NCBI GenBank assembly: GCA_052426225.1
Contig: JBNJNM010000021.1
Coordinates: forward strand, 2,852,001 to 2,916,000
DNA length: 64,000 nucleotides
Reading direction: 5' to 3'
From: Zancudomyces culisetae HAW-14-8
Taxonomy: Eukaryota > Fungi > Kickxellomycota
A model generated the notes under the pieces. That model was given only the letters and a program-made list of their open reading frames with translations. It was not told the DNA's origin and made no database searches. The translations under genes and the position numbers were made by a program. This document shows positions 22,894 through 35,242 of this stretch, piece by piece. Position 1 is the stretch's first letter; each line of letters opens with the position of its first letter.

Positions 22894-24783
22894 TATATGG
22901 TGCCTTGTTCTTTGGCCAGGACTCACATATTCCTCAAAAAGGTCACTCTCCCATACCTACCCCTCATTTTTGATTTTTAATTTATTTTGGAACTGTGATG
23001 TTTTTATTTTTCACAGAAAAGTTGTGTATATAAAACCTCATCTGCTTTACTAGTGAAAGAATTGTTCAAATGGCTTGTGTGACTTTACACCCTTTGTCTC
23101 ATTTATTTGGCAGGTTATAATGATGTTTTTCTGAACAAAAGTACTGTTTAGTACTGGACACCATCACAATCACATTTTGATCAAGGATAAAACGCACTTT
23201 TCGCCTCCTTGTTAGATTTCCAGCTCCTTTTTGTTTGCGTTGCTTTGATAAATTCATCAAGCAAAAAAATACTCCTTTTTACAAAAAGTTCCATTGAGCC
23301 TTAAAGTTCCATCTTTATTTACATTTTCACCATCTTTGATCCCCATTTGAAAAGTAATATTCACATTTCCAGCCATTACACCCTGTGTTTGGGTGGAATA
23401 CTTTTATTTTTGAGAATCTTATAATTCCGCTCGCATGATTGTTTGTGTTGTAGGATCCAAATTAAACATGCTATAATTGTTGTCAGCAAAATTTTTGCTT
23501 ATTCTCCAATTCGTTGCTTTTATTTGGATTAGCGAATCAATTGTTGCGGATAAGCTATCGCTGATTTTCCGTTTCCAATAATAATAAAACACAAAAAAAT
23601 AAATGAACACTTTCATGCTCATTACATGAAGTTTGTCATTAGCTTGTGAGTATACCACAATTTTTGATCTCATGATGTATTTTAGGTATGGTAATACATC
23701 ACGACTCGGCGGAAAACATGGAGGCTCGCTAAGTGGAAAATCGAATCTAAATCTATGTTTGCGGCCGCAAATGCCGAATCCCTCCATTCCTATACCTCCT
23801 CTATTAGTGAATTATTTGCTCAAATGTCTTGCTATGTTCACATGTGTTAGTTGTGAGTAAAGCACTTATTTGGTTTACCAGCTGTTTGGAAGTTAACATG
23901 TATTCGGTCAGTCAACTTTTATACGAGATAACAGCTTTATTTTTTTATGTTTCAAATAGAATGCACTCTAACATACGATAATTCGATAATAGCATATACC
24001 AGCTCTATAAACTCGCACACTATAATCTATCAAAACATTCGTCAATCAAAAGAATGTGATAGCTATCTAAACCCAAATGATTTTCTTTGTTGTTTATTAG
24101 TGCATAGATCCTGAGTTTAACAAAAGGTAGCATGGTTAGTGATAAATACTTGTAAACTAGCTAGAGTAAATGAAATCCGTGAAACAAGCACATATGTGTC
24201 TCTAAATCACAAATGTGAGTTTGGGGGTTTCTCTGGAGATCAAAACACTAACACTTTTTTGTAGTTTTTGGGCTTCTAAATAGACTTCATCCGATACTCG
24301 TTCTACTTTTAGTTGATTCGCCATCTCGAAATACCATTGGACAACACCTTTCATATGTAATTGAGTGTGAGGTTTCAAAAAAAATATTTTATGATTTGAT
24401 CGGATATTGCGATAAATTTGCTACGGATGCTATCAGTTTACTTTGTAATTTGTTGTGATTAACTTGAATCGTCAAATCAACTAAGCTGAAAAAAATAACT
24501 ACATAATTGAGTACCTAAAAAAACATATAAAAGCTGCACAAAACCAACTCCAATACCGTCACCAAAAAAAGCACCTTTGTCCAACCCATTGTAGTAATAG
24601 GTACAAACTGTTAATTAGCTAACATTGACCTTTAAAGTAATATCAGTGACATTGTTTTTGTGTATTCCTCATCCTTAACTACAAGGCCAGCACAACCATC
24701 TTCAGTTTTAACAGGCAGGGAAAAAAACATTAAAATAAAGCGCTCTACAAGGAAAATCGCCTAGAACGACAAGAAAAAATAAA

Positions 24784-26220
24784 ATGGACGAGATTTTAGA
24801 AAACCCAGCCAGAAACGGCGAGCTCCTAACGGCCGAGGAAAAAAAAAACTTCAAGAGGTATTTGAGAAAAGTAGATCTCATGATCATGCCTCTGTATTGT
24901 GTTTTGTATTGGCTGGCTGTAATGGATAGAAACAACCTGGGAAATGCTAACATCGAGGGATTCAGTGTAGCGTTAAACTTGAAATCAGGTGAATTCAATT
25001 GGGTTGCATCAGTTCTATTTATAACGTACGTGGCTTGCGAGATTCCATCGACCCTCCTATTACAAAAAATAGGAACTAGGCTATGGCTTCCACTAATAAC
25101 AATATTCTGGGGTGCTTCGTGTATACTTATGGGATTTGTAACAAACTTTACGACTGCCATGATAGTTCGCCTGCTTCTTGGTGCTTTTGAGTCTGGATTC
25201 GCGCCAGGTTTTATTTTTTATACTACCTTTTGGTACCCAAATGCTCAGAGATTAAAGAGAATATCGATATTTTTCTCTGCTGGGATGTTTTCTGGGATAT
25301 TTGCTGGTCCTATTGCGCTAGGGCTGACAAAAATCGGAGGAAGTTTGCGGCCCTATCAATACATATTTGTAGTTGAAGGTGCACTGACGATCTTTATTGG
25401 GTTCATATCGTACTTTATTGTTGAGAACTATCCTGAAACCTCTAAACGTATCTTAGACGGCGAGCTCTCTGCTGCAAAAAAGTTGTTTAACGAAGATCAA
25501 AAGGAAATGAGTCAAAAGAAGAATATAACTGTTAAAAATCTCTCGGCCTTGCTTGATGCAAGATTGTGGGTATTGGGGATTATATTTGCGATTGGTGTAA
25601 TTGGTGGATTTACTCAAGCTATCTTTGGACCCAAAGTGATTAAGGAGATGGGATATACAAACGCACAGGCACAAGTATTTGCATCTATTCCTTCTGCTTG
25701 TGGATTTTTGGGCCAGCTCTTGCCAGCAATAATCCCAAACTATGCAAAGAAAGTCAGAATTGGGTACATATTGATTTTACATTATTTTACAACTGCTGCG
25801 TTGTATATTGGTTTGGTTTTTGCAGGAGCTCCTGGCTTGAAGCTTGCGCTGTTGGCACTAGCCAACTTTGCTCTATCGCCTACTATGCCCCTTGTTTCTT
25901 ACTGGATGACCAACAACACCTATGAAGAGGATAAAAAGAGCGTTGGAAGCGCAATGACAATCATGCTTGGAGGGCTAGCTTCATTTGTTGGTTCTCAAAT
26001 ATACAGGGACTCAGATGCTCCTCTATATAAAATGGGCCATGGAATAGTGGCTGGCATGTTCGTTGTAGGTGGAGTAATGACGATTTGCCTGTACCTCTAC
26101 TTTTATTTAGCAAACAGAAGATGCGACAGGCTACAACGGGAACTTCCATCCTCTGACAAATCGCAGACTGCTACAGCATACATCAATAAAGCTAATCCAG
26201 GCTGGAGATATACGCTTTAA
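24784..26220 (+). CDS. MFS transporter, anion:cation symporter (Dal5/Tna1 family)
   Basis: Family motifs RKVDLMIMP, DRNNLGNA, EIPS, RLLLGAFESGFAPG, FWY, FVVEGALT and YPE, with about 12 hydrophobic segments. Intronless. Confidence 0.9.
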   Translation: MDEILENPARNGELLTAEEKKNFKRYLRKVDLMIMPLYCVLYWLAVMDRNNLGNANIEGFSVALNLKSGEFNWVASVLFITYVACEIPSTLLLQKIGTRLWLPLITIFWGASCILMGFVTNFTTAMIVRLLLGAFESGFAPGFIFYTTFWYPNAQRLKRISIFFSAGMFSGIFAGPIALGLTKIGGSLRPYQYIFVVEGALTIFIGFISYFIVENYPETSKRILDGELSAAKKLFNEDQKEMSQKKNITVKNLSALLDARLWVLGIIFAIGVIGGFTQAIFGPKVIKEMGYTNAQAQVFASIPSACGFLGQLLPAIIPNYAKKVRIGYILILHYFTTAALYIGLVFAGAPGLKLALLALANFALSPTMPLVSYWMTNNTYEEDKKSVGSAMTIMLGGLASFVGSQIYRDSDAPLYKMGHGIVAGMFVVGGVMTICLYLYFYLANRRCDRLQRELPSSDKSQTATAYINKANPGWRYTL

Positions 26221-26447
26221 TTTTCCCATTGTATGTATCTTTATCAATTATTCTATCATTCCGCCAGTGTTAGACGGTTTTATTCGTGTAGTGTATTTAA
26301 ACCGCGTAGTCTACTTTTCGCGCTTGATACTTTTCTCGTCACAATATATATATTTTTTGACATAAAGATGTTTTTCGCTATACTTAGCGTTTGGTGAATA
26401 AATCAAATATAAAGAATAGTACTAAACGAAATCTGGAAGAAAAAAGA

Positions 26448-27494
26448 CTACTTGTAACGCCACAAAGTATCCATGTCATTAGCATCAGAGTGTGAGAAAC
26501 CTGATTCAGCAGAACTTCCTGTTGCATCGCGATCCGCACCGCTGCTTAATGATATGTCGTTTGAACCAGCCTGTTTACCATAATAAGCAACATCAGGCTG
26601 TGATTCGTAACTATAATCCTTGGCGGATTGAATATCTTTGGGATAATAATCACCTTTGAATCCATTCTGTGTATCGCCTTTAGGGTAAAAATCATCCTCA
26701 AACTTTTTATAGTCGCTATCAGACGAGTAGTCATTCACGTAATGAGTATCTCTCATTGGCACAACCGCTGGTACCGCAGGAATTTTTTTTTCATATACGC
26801 TTTTATTTAACTTTGATGCGCGTTTTCCATCTGGAGCCTTAGCTGATGGCGCTTCTTTGGTTTTTAGGGAATGTTTACCTTTCTCCATTAGCTTTTTTTG
26901 TATTTCCTTCATTTGATCAATGATATGAAGCTCTTTAGGGCTAAATTTGGCAGAATTAGAAGGAGTAGAGGTGAGCTTTGGGACTGGTGTGGGTCCTGAG
27001 ACTGGACTGTATCTTGAATAAGGCTTGGGTTTTGAGGCAGGCTTGAGTTTTGAGGCGGGTTTGGGGTTTGGAGCTGGTTTGGGTTTACCTCTCTTTATCA
27101 GCCCCGTTTGCATTTTTTCTCTCAAGTAACGAGGTGAGTCACCCGATATACCCACTATTCCCTTAGTACTAACACCATGCTTTTGTTGTTGATGCTTAGC
27201 ATTTTCAAGGTAATTTTTGATTTTTTGTTTGTTTTTACGAACTACATCTAGTAATCGTATTGCTTGATGCAGTTTTGGCGAGTATGGTATCGCTTTAGCT
27301 CCAGGTATGTAAATTCCAGCTTTTCTCTGATGACTTGGACTGGAGTTTAGCGGCTTTACATTCTGGACCAATAAACTCTGTTTGATTCTCTCAGGAACAT
27401 AGGCTTGTGGTTCAGTATCAAGAGGTCCTTTTGCACACGCAAGTTTTGTGTACAGCACATTTGCAATCAAAACCAACAGCACACTGACTCGCAT
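26448..27494 (-). CDS. Lineage-specific secreted protein with a basic N-terminal part (KP repeats) and an acidic Tyr/Asp-rich C-terminus
   Basis: 348-aa ORF with signal-like MRVSVLLVLIANVLYTKLACA. No recognisable domain. Confidence 0.65.
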   Translation of the reverse strand: MRVSVLLVLIANVLYTKLACAKGPLDTEPQAYVPERIKQSLLVQNVKPLNSSPSHQRKAGIYIPGAKAIPYSPKLHQAIRLLDVVRKNKQKIKNYLENAKHQQQKHGVSTKGIVGISGDSPRYLREKMQTGLIKRGKPKPAPNPKPASKLKPASKPKPYSRYSPVSGPTPVPKLTSTPSNSAKFSPKELHIIDQMKEIQKKLMEKGKHSLKTKEAPSAKAPDGKRASKLNKSVYEKKIPAVPAVVPMRDTHYVNDYSSDSDYKKFEDDFYPKGDTQNGFKGDYYPKDIQSAKDYSYESQPDVAYYGKQAGSNDISLSSGADRDATGSSAESGFSHSDANDMDTLWRYK

Positions 27495-29359
27495 TTTTAC
27501 CTGATTTTATTCTTGTTTTATTTGATAAATAATGTGTAGTTAATAGATATATCCCTACTTTTCCATGTGGGAAAACATGTCTTATATACTTGTAGACACA
27601 GAAAACAGCAAAGTGTATTACTCTGTAAAGCTAGCTCCACCATTTCATCATATTACTTCTAACACTTACATAACTTCTACCATCAATATTTTCCCAGTGC
27701 TTAAAATAAAGCTTATACACATTTCTTCTTTCAAGGGTCACAACTATTTTATCTTGTAGAAATTGAGTAATTCAACCAATATATTGCTAACTAGTATACG
27801 GTACAAAAGCCCAAAGGATATTATTTTATATTTACCGATACTCAACACAAAAAAATGACTATTTTTTGGGGGGGGGGGGGAGGTAGGTATGGGGTTAGGA
27901 GGTTAGTTAGAGCATAGTTGATAAACTGAAAAAGCTGCTACCCCAAAATCAAATATTGTCGTATCTACCATGCAAACAGCTCAACATCATCCATATTTGT
28001 CATATTTTATGCCAGAGAAGCGGTCCGGGTTGTGTTTTTTGGCAATCCTCTATCAAAATTTGTTTTTTTACCTAACTTGCTTGAGTTTGACAGCTGCATG
28101 CTTTTTTTTGAATCAGTAAAATAAAAAATGGAAGCTCGAAGGGCAAAACCGATGAATGTAGAAAGTCCCAACACGAAAATATCTCAAAACGACGCCTTTT
28201 TGGGGTGTAAAATGGGTATTATTAGGGTGCTCAAAAAAAATCAAAACTCAACTCTGAACTGTTCAGAAAGACTATTACATGCTGCTAGTAGAGGATTTAT
28301 TCCAATACAACTCCACCCTCTTTCATTGTAGGTAAATGTGTGTTGGAGTTATATACAAAAGACTCATCAGCGTAGCTTGGTGTATGAGAGATTTCTTGCG
28401 CTAACTTTATTCTATAACCATATTATCAATGTTCAAGTAAGCTTTTATAGCTAATAATGCAAATTTATTCAAACAGCAAGAGGTTGGTGGCTCCGAGGAT
28501 AGGGTACAAGGTTATTAACTGATTTGTCCAGGTTTACAAGCAAAGGTACACAAATATAAAGTTGCTTTGACTTTGGCTTTTACTTTTACGGTTACCTTTA
28601 TTCCAAGTTGATAGTGGCTTTTATTGGCAATGTCCGTGTCCCATACCTAACGCTGAGTGGTGTATGTGAGCAGGCATAGATCGTTATCCGTGGATACTGT
28701 GTGGTTATGTTAAATTTTCCATATAGCAGTAGGACTGAAATTTTTTTTGAATCAGAGGTAGCTATAGCTAAAATTTCAAAGTGATCCAATTTACCGAAAC
28801 TTTTGCTTTATTGTTCAACAGAGAAACACACACAACTTTGTGTACTTGGTTTTTTTATAAATATTTTCTCGCATTCCCATTTACTAACTTGGATTTTTAA
28901 ACTAAGCCACTCGTACTTGAAATGATAAGTAAATTTTATGATGAGACCAGACCCTGCGGGAAAAAAGATGAGAATACACTACACCTCAGAGTTGGGATGA
29001 ACACTAAAATGTTTACTGTATTACATGTACGTACCATGGGTAAACGTTTTCTTTCCAGCAAATTGGTGATTACCATAAAAAATAGATCATATTTGAAATA
29101 CTATTTCTTTTTCCAAAATTAAATTAACATTCACACCTTTTTATTACACGACATTTACAAAAACACTAGATTATAGGTTATGCTATAAAAAAATCATTAC
29201 GTTTTAGAACAAGTAAGTGCTCATGAAAACAAATATATTACATGAGCTAAGTTACTATATTTGGGATTCAAATTATAAAAAAGACCATACCCCCAATTCA
29301 GACATTCTGATCAGCATTTTAACGATATACCATCCATAATCCGAAAAAATCAACCTCGA

Positions 29360-30553
29360 ATGTATTCCTCCAAATCAGTTTCAAGGCTGCCGAGCCAAAT
29401 GCGGGAAGGGGCAATAAAAGAATTAATCAGCAAGCGTGTGATGACGCTCAGACATTTACGAGATTCATTGCCGTCGCCAATAGATGTGACTAGCAATCAT
29501 CTTGTTTCATTGAACATACCAAAGCAAAAGAGGACACAGGTGCCGTACTTGGGAACCATTGTGTTTGGATTAAATCTTATCAGAGATACCTTCCAAACTG
29601 AAAAAAACGCAAAAAGGTAAGTACAATTAAGTATACTCCAAATGGTTTTCGAAAGGAGGGCTAGGGTTTAATTTTCAAGACTTGGGTTTTTATTAACTTT
29701 GAGTATTTTAGAGAGGACAAAAAGAAATTAGGAAGCATATTTATAAAATAGAACAAGGATGATCTACATTTTGGGGTTAAGTCTAAGCGAAGTTCTGGGA
29801 GTAAAAAATCCCTCCGACTTTATGAGGGCAATAGGAATCTGTATTGCAGAATTTGAAATATTTACAACCGATGCAACAGCGAAGACAAAGAGGGTACGAG
29901 TAAAAGAATGAGCACAATTACGACAAATTGTTGAAAAAAATCAATTTTTCTACTAAATACTCTTGTATAATGCTCATATTCACATAGAAATTGTTTTTCA
30001 GAAAACCAAAAAACACAGAGGAACAAACTGGTACCTTCCTATATAGAAGCGATAATCTTGAATTCTCCTATCTAGATCCCAGGCCGCTGGTAAGCATTCT
30101 GACTATTCTCACTATTTCCTTTCCTTTCATTGCCTCCTTCCTATTAGTTTATTATCGATTTGCCTATTGATAACATAATGGTTGCTATTTTTGTATGTTT
30201 AGCCCTTCAGATATGATTTTGTTCAAGTTTTTGATACATTTTGTCAGATTGCGGTGGCTACATACCTGAGAATTAGCGAGACGATCAAGTCGATTCCAAT
30301 CACTACTTCTGTTTTGGATATCATGGAAAAGCTGGATACTCAATTTAAGGTAAAGCATTTTTAATATATATTTATAATTATGAACAAGCTGTTGTTTGAT
30401 GTTAATTTATAACTTATAAACGAATAGATTATAATTAACGGTGTAAGCAAGGACTTTGACTTACTATTCAACTTGGAGGTAGCAGAGAACTTTAGGCTAC
30501 TAGACACGACCAAGTCTAGGATGCTTGAAGCATTTGTTTCTAAGAGTGAATAA
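29360..30553 (+). CDS. Conserved uncharacterised fungal protein (~257 aa); exons 29360-29616, 29752-29893, 29988-30089, 30203-30349, 30428-30553 (start uncertain)
   Basis: Four GT-AG introns with matching phases (2,0,0,0) give an open frame: IKELISKRVMTLRHLR...RTRMIYILGLSL...DFMRAI..CIAEFE...FSYLDPRPLPFRYDFVQVFDTFCQ...KLDTQFKIIINGVSKDFD. Confidence 0.75.
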
Positions 30554-31224
30554 CCATACATTTGTGTATGCATTTCTAACTTGACTTTTTTCCTCTAACA
30601 AAGTAAACACAAAGAAACCCGAACGATTCTTTTTTTTAATTAAAAAAGGAAAAGACTTGGACCTTACTATTTGTGCAGCCATTCCTTAGTATGGGGATTG
30701 TATTATATCCATTACCCATTATGTGCTTTTTATACTTGATTTTGCTACATACTGAGCCATCACCTCTGGGTTTTAACAAGAGAGTACTAGGAGATTTTTT
30801 CGTATTTTTATCCACCTTTAGTCTTTTCAGAATATAAATTACTCTGAATAAACTATAAAACTAATTAATCCTACACAGTCGCGCTTATACATTAAATCTT
30901 GCATATTATAAAATATTCCGTTTGCGGCTTCTCTTTACAAAAAAGCTGGAAGTACATGATCAAATATGAGTGATTTTTTACTTAAAAAATGATTTGTCCG
31001 TAGAGCAGAAGGACAAAAATGAAGATACAAGAAAAAATAATAATCTAAAATGAAAGAGATTTGTGCTGATCTATTAATAAATTTATAAACATGGAAATAT
31101 ACCAATGTAGCCAGGTATGCCAAGTAAAGGTCGAGAGAGAGGTGGGCAGTGGTAGAGGGGTGACGTGTGTTTAAGTGTATCTTGCCAAAGATAGATGTCA
31201 CCACAACAGAGGCACAGAAAATTT

Positions 31225-32210
31225 TTAAGAGTGGCTAGTCTTGAACTGTACGATTATACCGATAATTGCCAAAACACCAAACGCCACTGACATTATAATC
31301 ATAGGCGTATTAAAGGAAGAGTCTGTGAAATTGCCCCCGAATACGCTAACGACCAGATCAGTAAATCCCTTCTTGGTAAACATATCTACACCTACCATAA
31401 CGCCCAGACTTCCAAAAACACTGGTGGAAATAATGAATATTGGCCTTTCAAGGAACACAGCTGCTAATCCCACACCTACAGACATTAATCCCAAAAAGAG
31501 TATTCGCACCCAGGATGCGGAAAAGCCTACCCTTACCATGGTGATAATAAATGTAGCAAGAGTAAACCCTCCGAATGCGCCGACTATAAACAACCCAAGA
31601 GGAAGAAGCAGCACCATCACGCCACCCATTACCAAGCCTCCAATGAGCGAACCAATGTAGTACCACGTGCTTAACTTTGTACCTGATTCAGGTGCCTTGA
31701 TGTTGTAGCAGATAATCAGAATTAGGAAAGCTAATTGTTATTATTGTTACCATTACCATTAAAATTAGCATTTTACGATTTGTATTCAGATGGTTAAAAA
31801 TGGAAATATGGTGGTATTATTGATGGTGATAATGCAATGGTAAGTAAAACTACTAACTATAACATTTAACTTACTGAAGAATACAAATCCACTAAGGAAT
31901 ATAATTATCTTCACCATCCTTCTTCCGGAAAAGACAAACATAAGGCCGACAATTATTAATACAACTGCAGAGACTATTCCAACTGCAGTGAGATTCCCTG
32001 ATGTATTCTCTATAAGCGGGTGGTTATTTAAAACAAATAAGTACTATATACATTACTAGTCGGTAAATATTTGTATATTTTTCAGCTTTTCGACTTACTG
32101 AAGACAGTAGAATTGACGATATCGACTGTGTTATCTGCCCATGCCGTGAACATAGACATCAGGAACATGAGCAGATAGATTATGAATCCGTTTGTTTTCG
32201 TTTTAATCAT
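31225..32210 (-). CDS. TMEM198/DUF4203-family multipass membrane protein, copy 1; exons 32210-32099, 32009-31875, 31730-31225
   Basis: Signal peptide, GLMFVFSGRRMVKIIIFLSGF, glycine-rich TM helices, ERPIFIISTSVFGS...GVD and GIIVQF. Confidence 0.8.
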
Positions 32211-34203
32211 TTTGATTTCTCGATATATATCGGGTGTTGAAGAGGTTTAAGAAAAAAGATCAAATAGTGTTGTTAAAGACGACGAATTTATGGTCTATTT
32301 ATATAAACTATTTATCCAGTTTTGGTTTTTTTTAGATCGCGTTTAATTGTTCCTTTATATCCGAATTACCAGCTTTTAGTTGAAAAAAAAGCAAAAAAAA
32401 ACGCAGTAAGCAAGTGACGAATAGCAAGTGACAATGTCAAATGTCAATTAAAGAATAGAGATATCAGCTTATTGATAAAGTCGTTTTCACACCCATTTTA
32501 CAAGTAATGCAAACTATGGTTTTTGGATAAGCTACCACATAATTTTTGTCAAAAACAAACATTTGTACTGTCAATACTCTTCGTTCTTGGCTCAAATTCT
32601 TCCAAAATTCTGCTTTTAAAAAACCCTAAGCCAATGGTCAAAATGAAGGAATAAATTCTACCTCCCCAAAAAACAATATACAAGGCCTTGTTTATTTTTT
32701 TACTTATTTACTAATTCAATTTTGCTTACAATTATGTGCTTAATTGCAATAAAAACATTCCCAGCGCATTCTTAACAATACTCGGGATTTCTTCTTGTAA
32801 TAGGATGGCCCAACAAATAGCCAATTGCTTTAATAATCTTTGAAATGCCATTAGCAAACTGCAGCTAAAAAAAAAACTCCATTTAATTCGATAGCTGATC
32901 ACTTGAATTCCAAGCCTGAAATTACAAGTATTCCAATAAATTACTTGAGTTCAATTTATTATTAATTGTGCAGTTTTATTTTGTCAAACTTTTTTTCACT
33001 TTTCAACACAAGTTCCGAGGAAAGTGATGACTTTTACTTTATTTTGTTTTTGCCCAGCTAGTTCGATTAATCTTCATTTCAGGTAATAGAGCACGGAGGC
33101 TATTTTTGCAAATCTTAATGTAATCTGTAGTAGATGCGTGCTACATCAAAAAATAAAAGGCTGAAATAACAATGGAAAAACGTGGCATAAGACACTGGTG
33201 TATTTACAAAATCATACGACGCGTTTTATTTAATGGCTTTATATTTTATTTTAAAGAAAAAGCACCATAGTTATATTTAGCACAAAGTAAAAGTACATGT
33301 ATTTTTCGGGTTGCTTTGTATACTTGTGACAATATACTTGATGCATTCAATTGCTCATTTTTAAAACATGTGATACTATCTTTATAAATTTGTAAAACAT
33401 GAAATTGGAAAAGCCCTCAAAATAATAAAGCCAAGCTGGTATTCTGCAAAAAACAGGAATTACATGTGATATACAGTAATCCTGAAGCAGCGCTTCCATC
33501 TTTATTACAACTTTAGATTAGGATGCTGAACCGTGGGGCGTATATCTGAGTTTGGCAGTACATCTACTCCAAACTTCATTCCTCCCACTCGTCAATTAGC
33601 TACAAAAAAATTGGGTGCACCCCAAAAAATCTACTAAACCCCCCACAAAAGGCACTAAAAACTTTTTTCTCAACGCCAAGACAACTCAATAAAAGCCTCC
33701 CTCTATTTGATTCGTCTCTTCTTGATCTGTACAATTTAGTGAATAAACACGGGGATAGCGAATTGAATACCCATTACATAACACTTGTCGATTGCTTTTA
33801 ACCTAAACCACGGTGCAGTTGTTATTAAACAGAGCACAGTAATACCCATCTTGGCGATTTTGATAAGCATGCTTTATTAGTAGGAAAAGATGTGCTCTTG
33901 GGAGCAATACCTGTTCAATAGAATAGCGTTTATATACTATTGTAGTTTTATAAGAATTTATTTTTGTCTTTTTTTCCGTTATAAAGTATATCTTTTTTGT
34001 TTTTTTGCTAATTACTATTCTGAAACAAATCTATCAATACAAAATAATAATAAAATTAATCTAACTAAAAGTGATTGGTATAGTTTTGAACATCTAGATC
34101 CTAAAAACACTGACCACTTTTGTAAAAATGCGAATAATATCACATTTTTGGAATATTGTACTCCACTTCTCCCTCAAATAAGTACACAGTTGGGGTTTTT
34201 TTT

Positions 34204-35242
34204 TCATCGCTCTTCACCAGGAGTAGGATGCTGGCCTCTTTTCTTGACTTCATCAAGGTTCACTTGTTTGTATGTTCTATGTTCGTACTTGAGATTTTCC
34301 TCCTTAAAAAGGCTGAATTTTACTTGTATTATTATTCCCAGAATTGCAAGAACCAAAGTTGCAAATATTGATAGCAGAGACCGTGCATCGCCAATAAACT
34401 CTGAAAACTTTGAAGTTAGTGCTCTGACAATGTTATCTGCATACTTAATCCCAGTTAAGTACCCTACTCCTACAAATGTGGTGTAACTACCATAAACGCT
34501 AGTTGCAACAATAAGTAGCGGTTTTTCTATACTGAGCACCAAAAGAGCCATAACAAGTCCGAAACCGGCATATGCCGTATACTTCATCCAATCCTGGTAA
34601 AAGTTTATGCTATAGTTTGTGACTATTACTACACCTACTAATGCACCCGCTCCAAACGAAAGCATAAATAATCCAAAGAAATAAAACTTGTACAAAGATA
34701 CGCCGAATATTAACCCACCGATTATAGCAGCTATAAAGTACCATACTCCCGTGTTTGAACTGGGATCTGGTGGAGACAACGCGTAGCTCAAAAAAAGAAA
34801 TGCCGCAACTATTGGTTAGGATGTTTTTTTTTTCAATAAATATGTTACGTGAAGTTTTTTTGTGGGGAGAGAGGGACATGTACTTGTGTACATAAATATA
34901 TTTATGTGTGTGTGTCTACTTACCAAAAAAAGCAAGCCCACAGAAAAACATTGATATACGCAGAAACTTTCTTCCGAAAAACGTCAGTACTAGACCAAAT
35001 GTTATAGCTATAAACCCGTTAAGGGTATTTTCTTCCCCAAATATTCCAATTCTTTTTCCTACTATTATGTTTGCATACTTTTAATCTTTCTTCTTTGAAG
35101 GTAGTGGGTTGATGATACTAGTAAAAGACTTACATGTTACAATGTCCTTCGGCTCATTTTCCGTGGCTCCACTAACAGATGACGAGAGGAATAGGACCGC
35201 AAAAAAGGGTAATACTAGTATACTATACTCATTTACACCCAT
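34204..35242 (-). CDS. TMEM198/DUF4203-family multipass membrane protein, copy 2 (3 exons, same intron positions as copy 1)
   Basis: Signal peptide MGVNEYSILVLPFFAVLFLSSSVSG, then GLVLTFFGRKFLRISMFFCGL, EKPLLIVATSVYGSY and GIIIQ. Confidence 0.8.

Noticed and set aside
27868-27910. Poly-G run followed by TTAGG-like words
   Set aside because: Not a regular telomeric array; it is a simple low-complexity tract.
28429-28523. Possible spliced 17-codon ORF using a GTAAGC...CAG intron
   Set aside because: The 40-nt intron is much shorter than the others here, and the peptide has no support.
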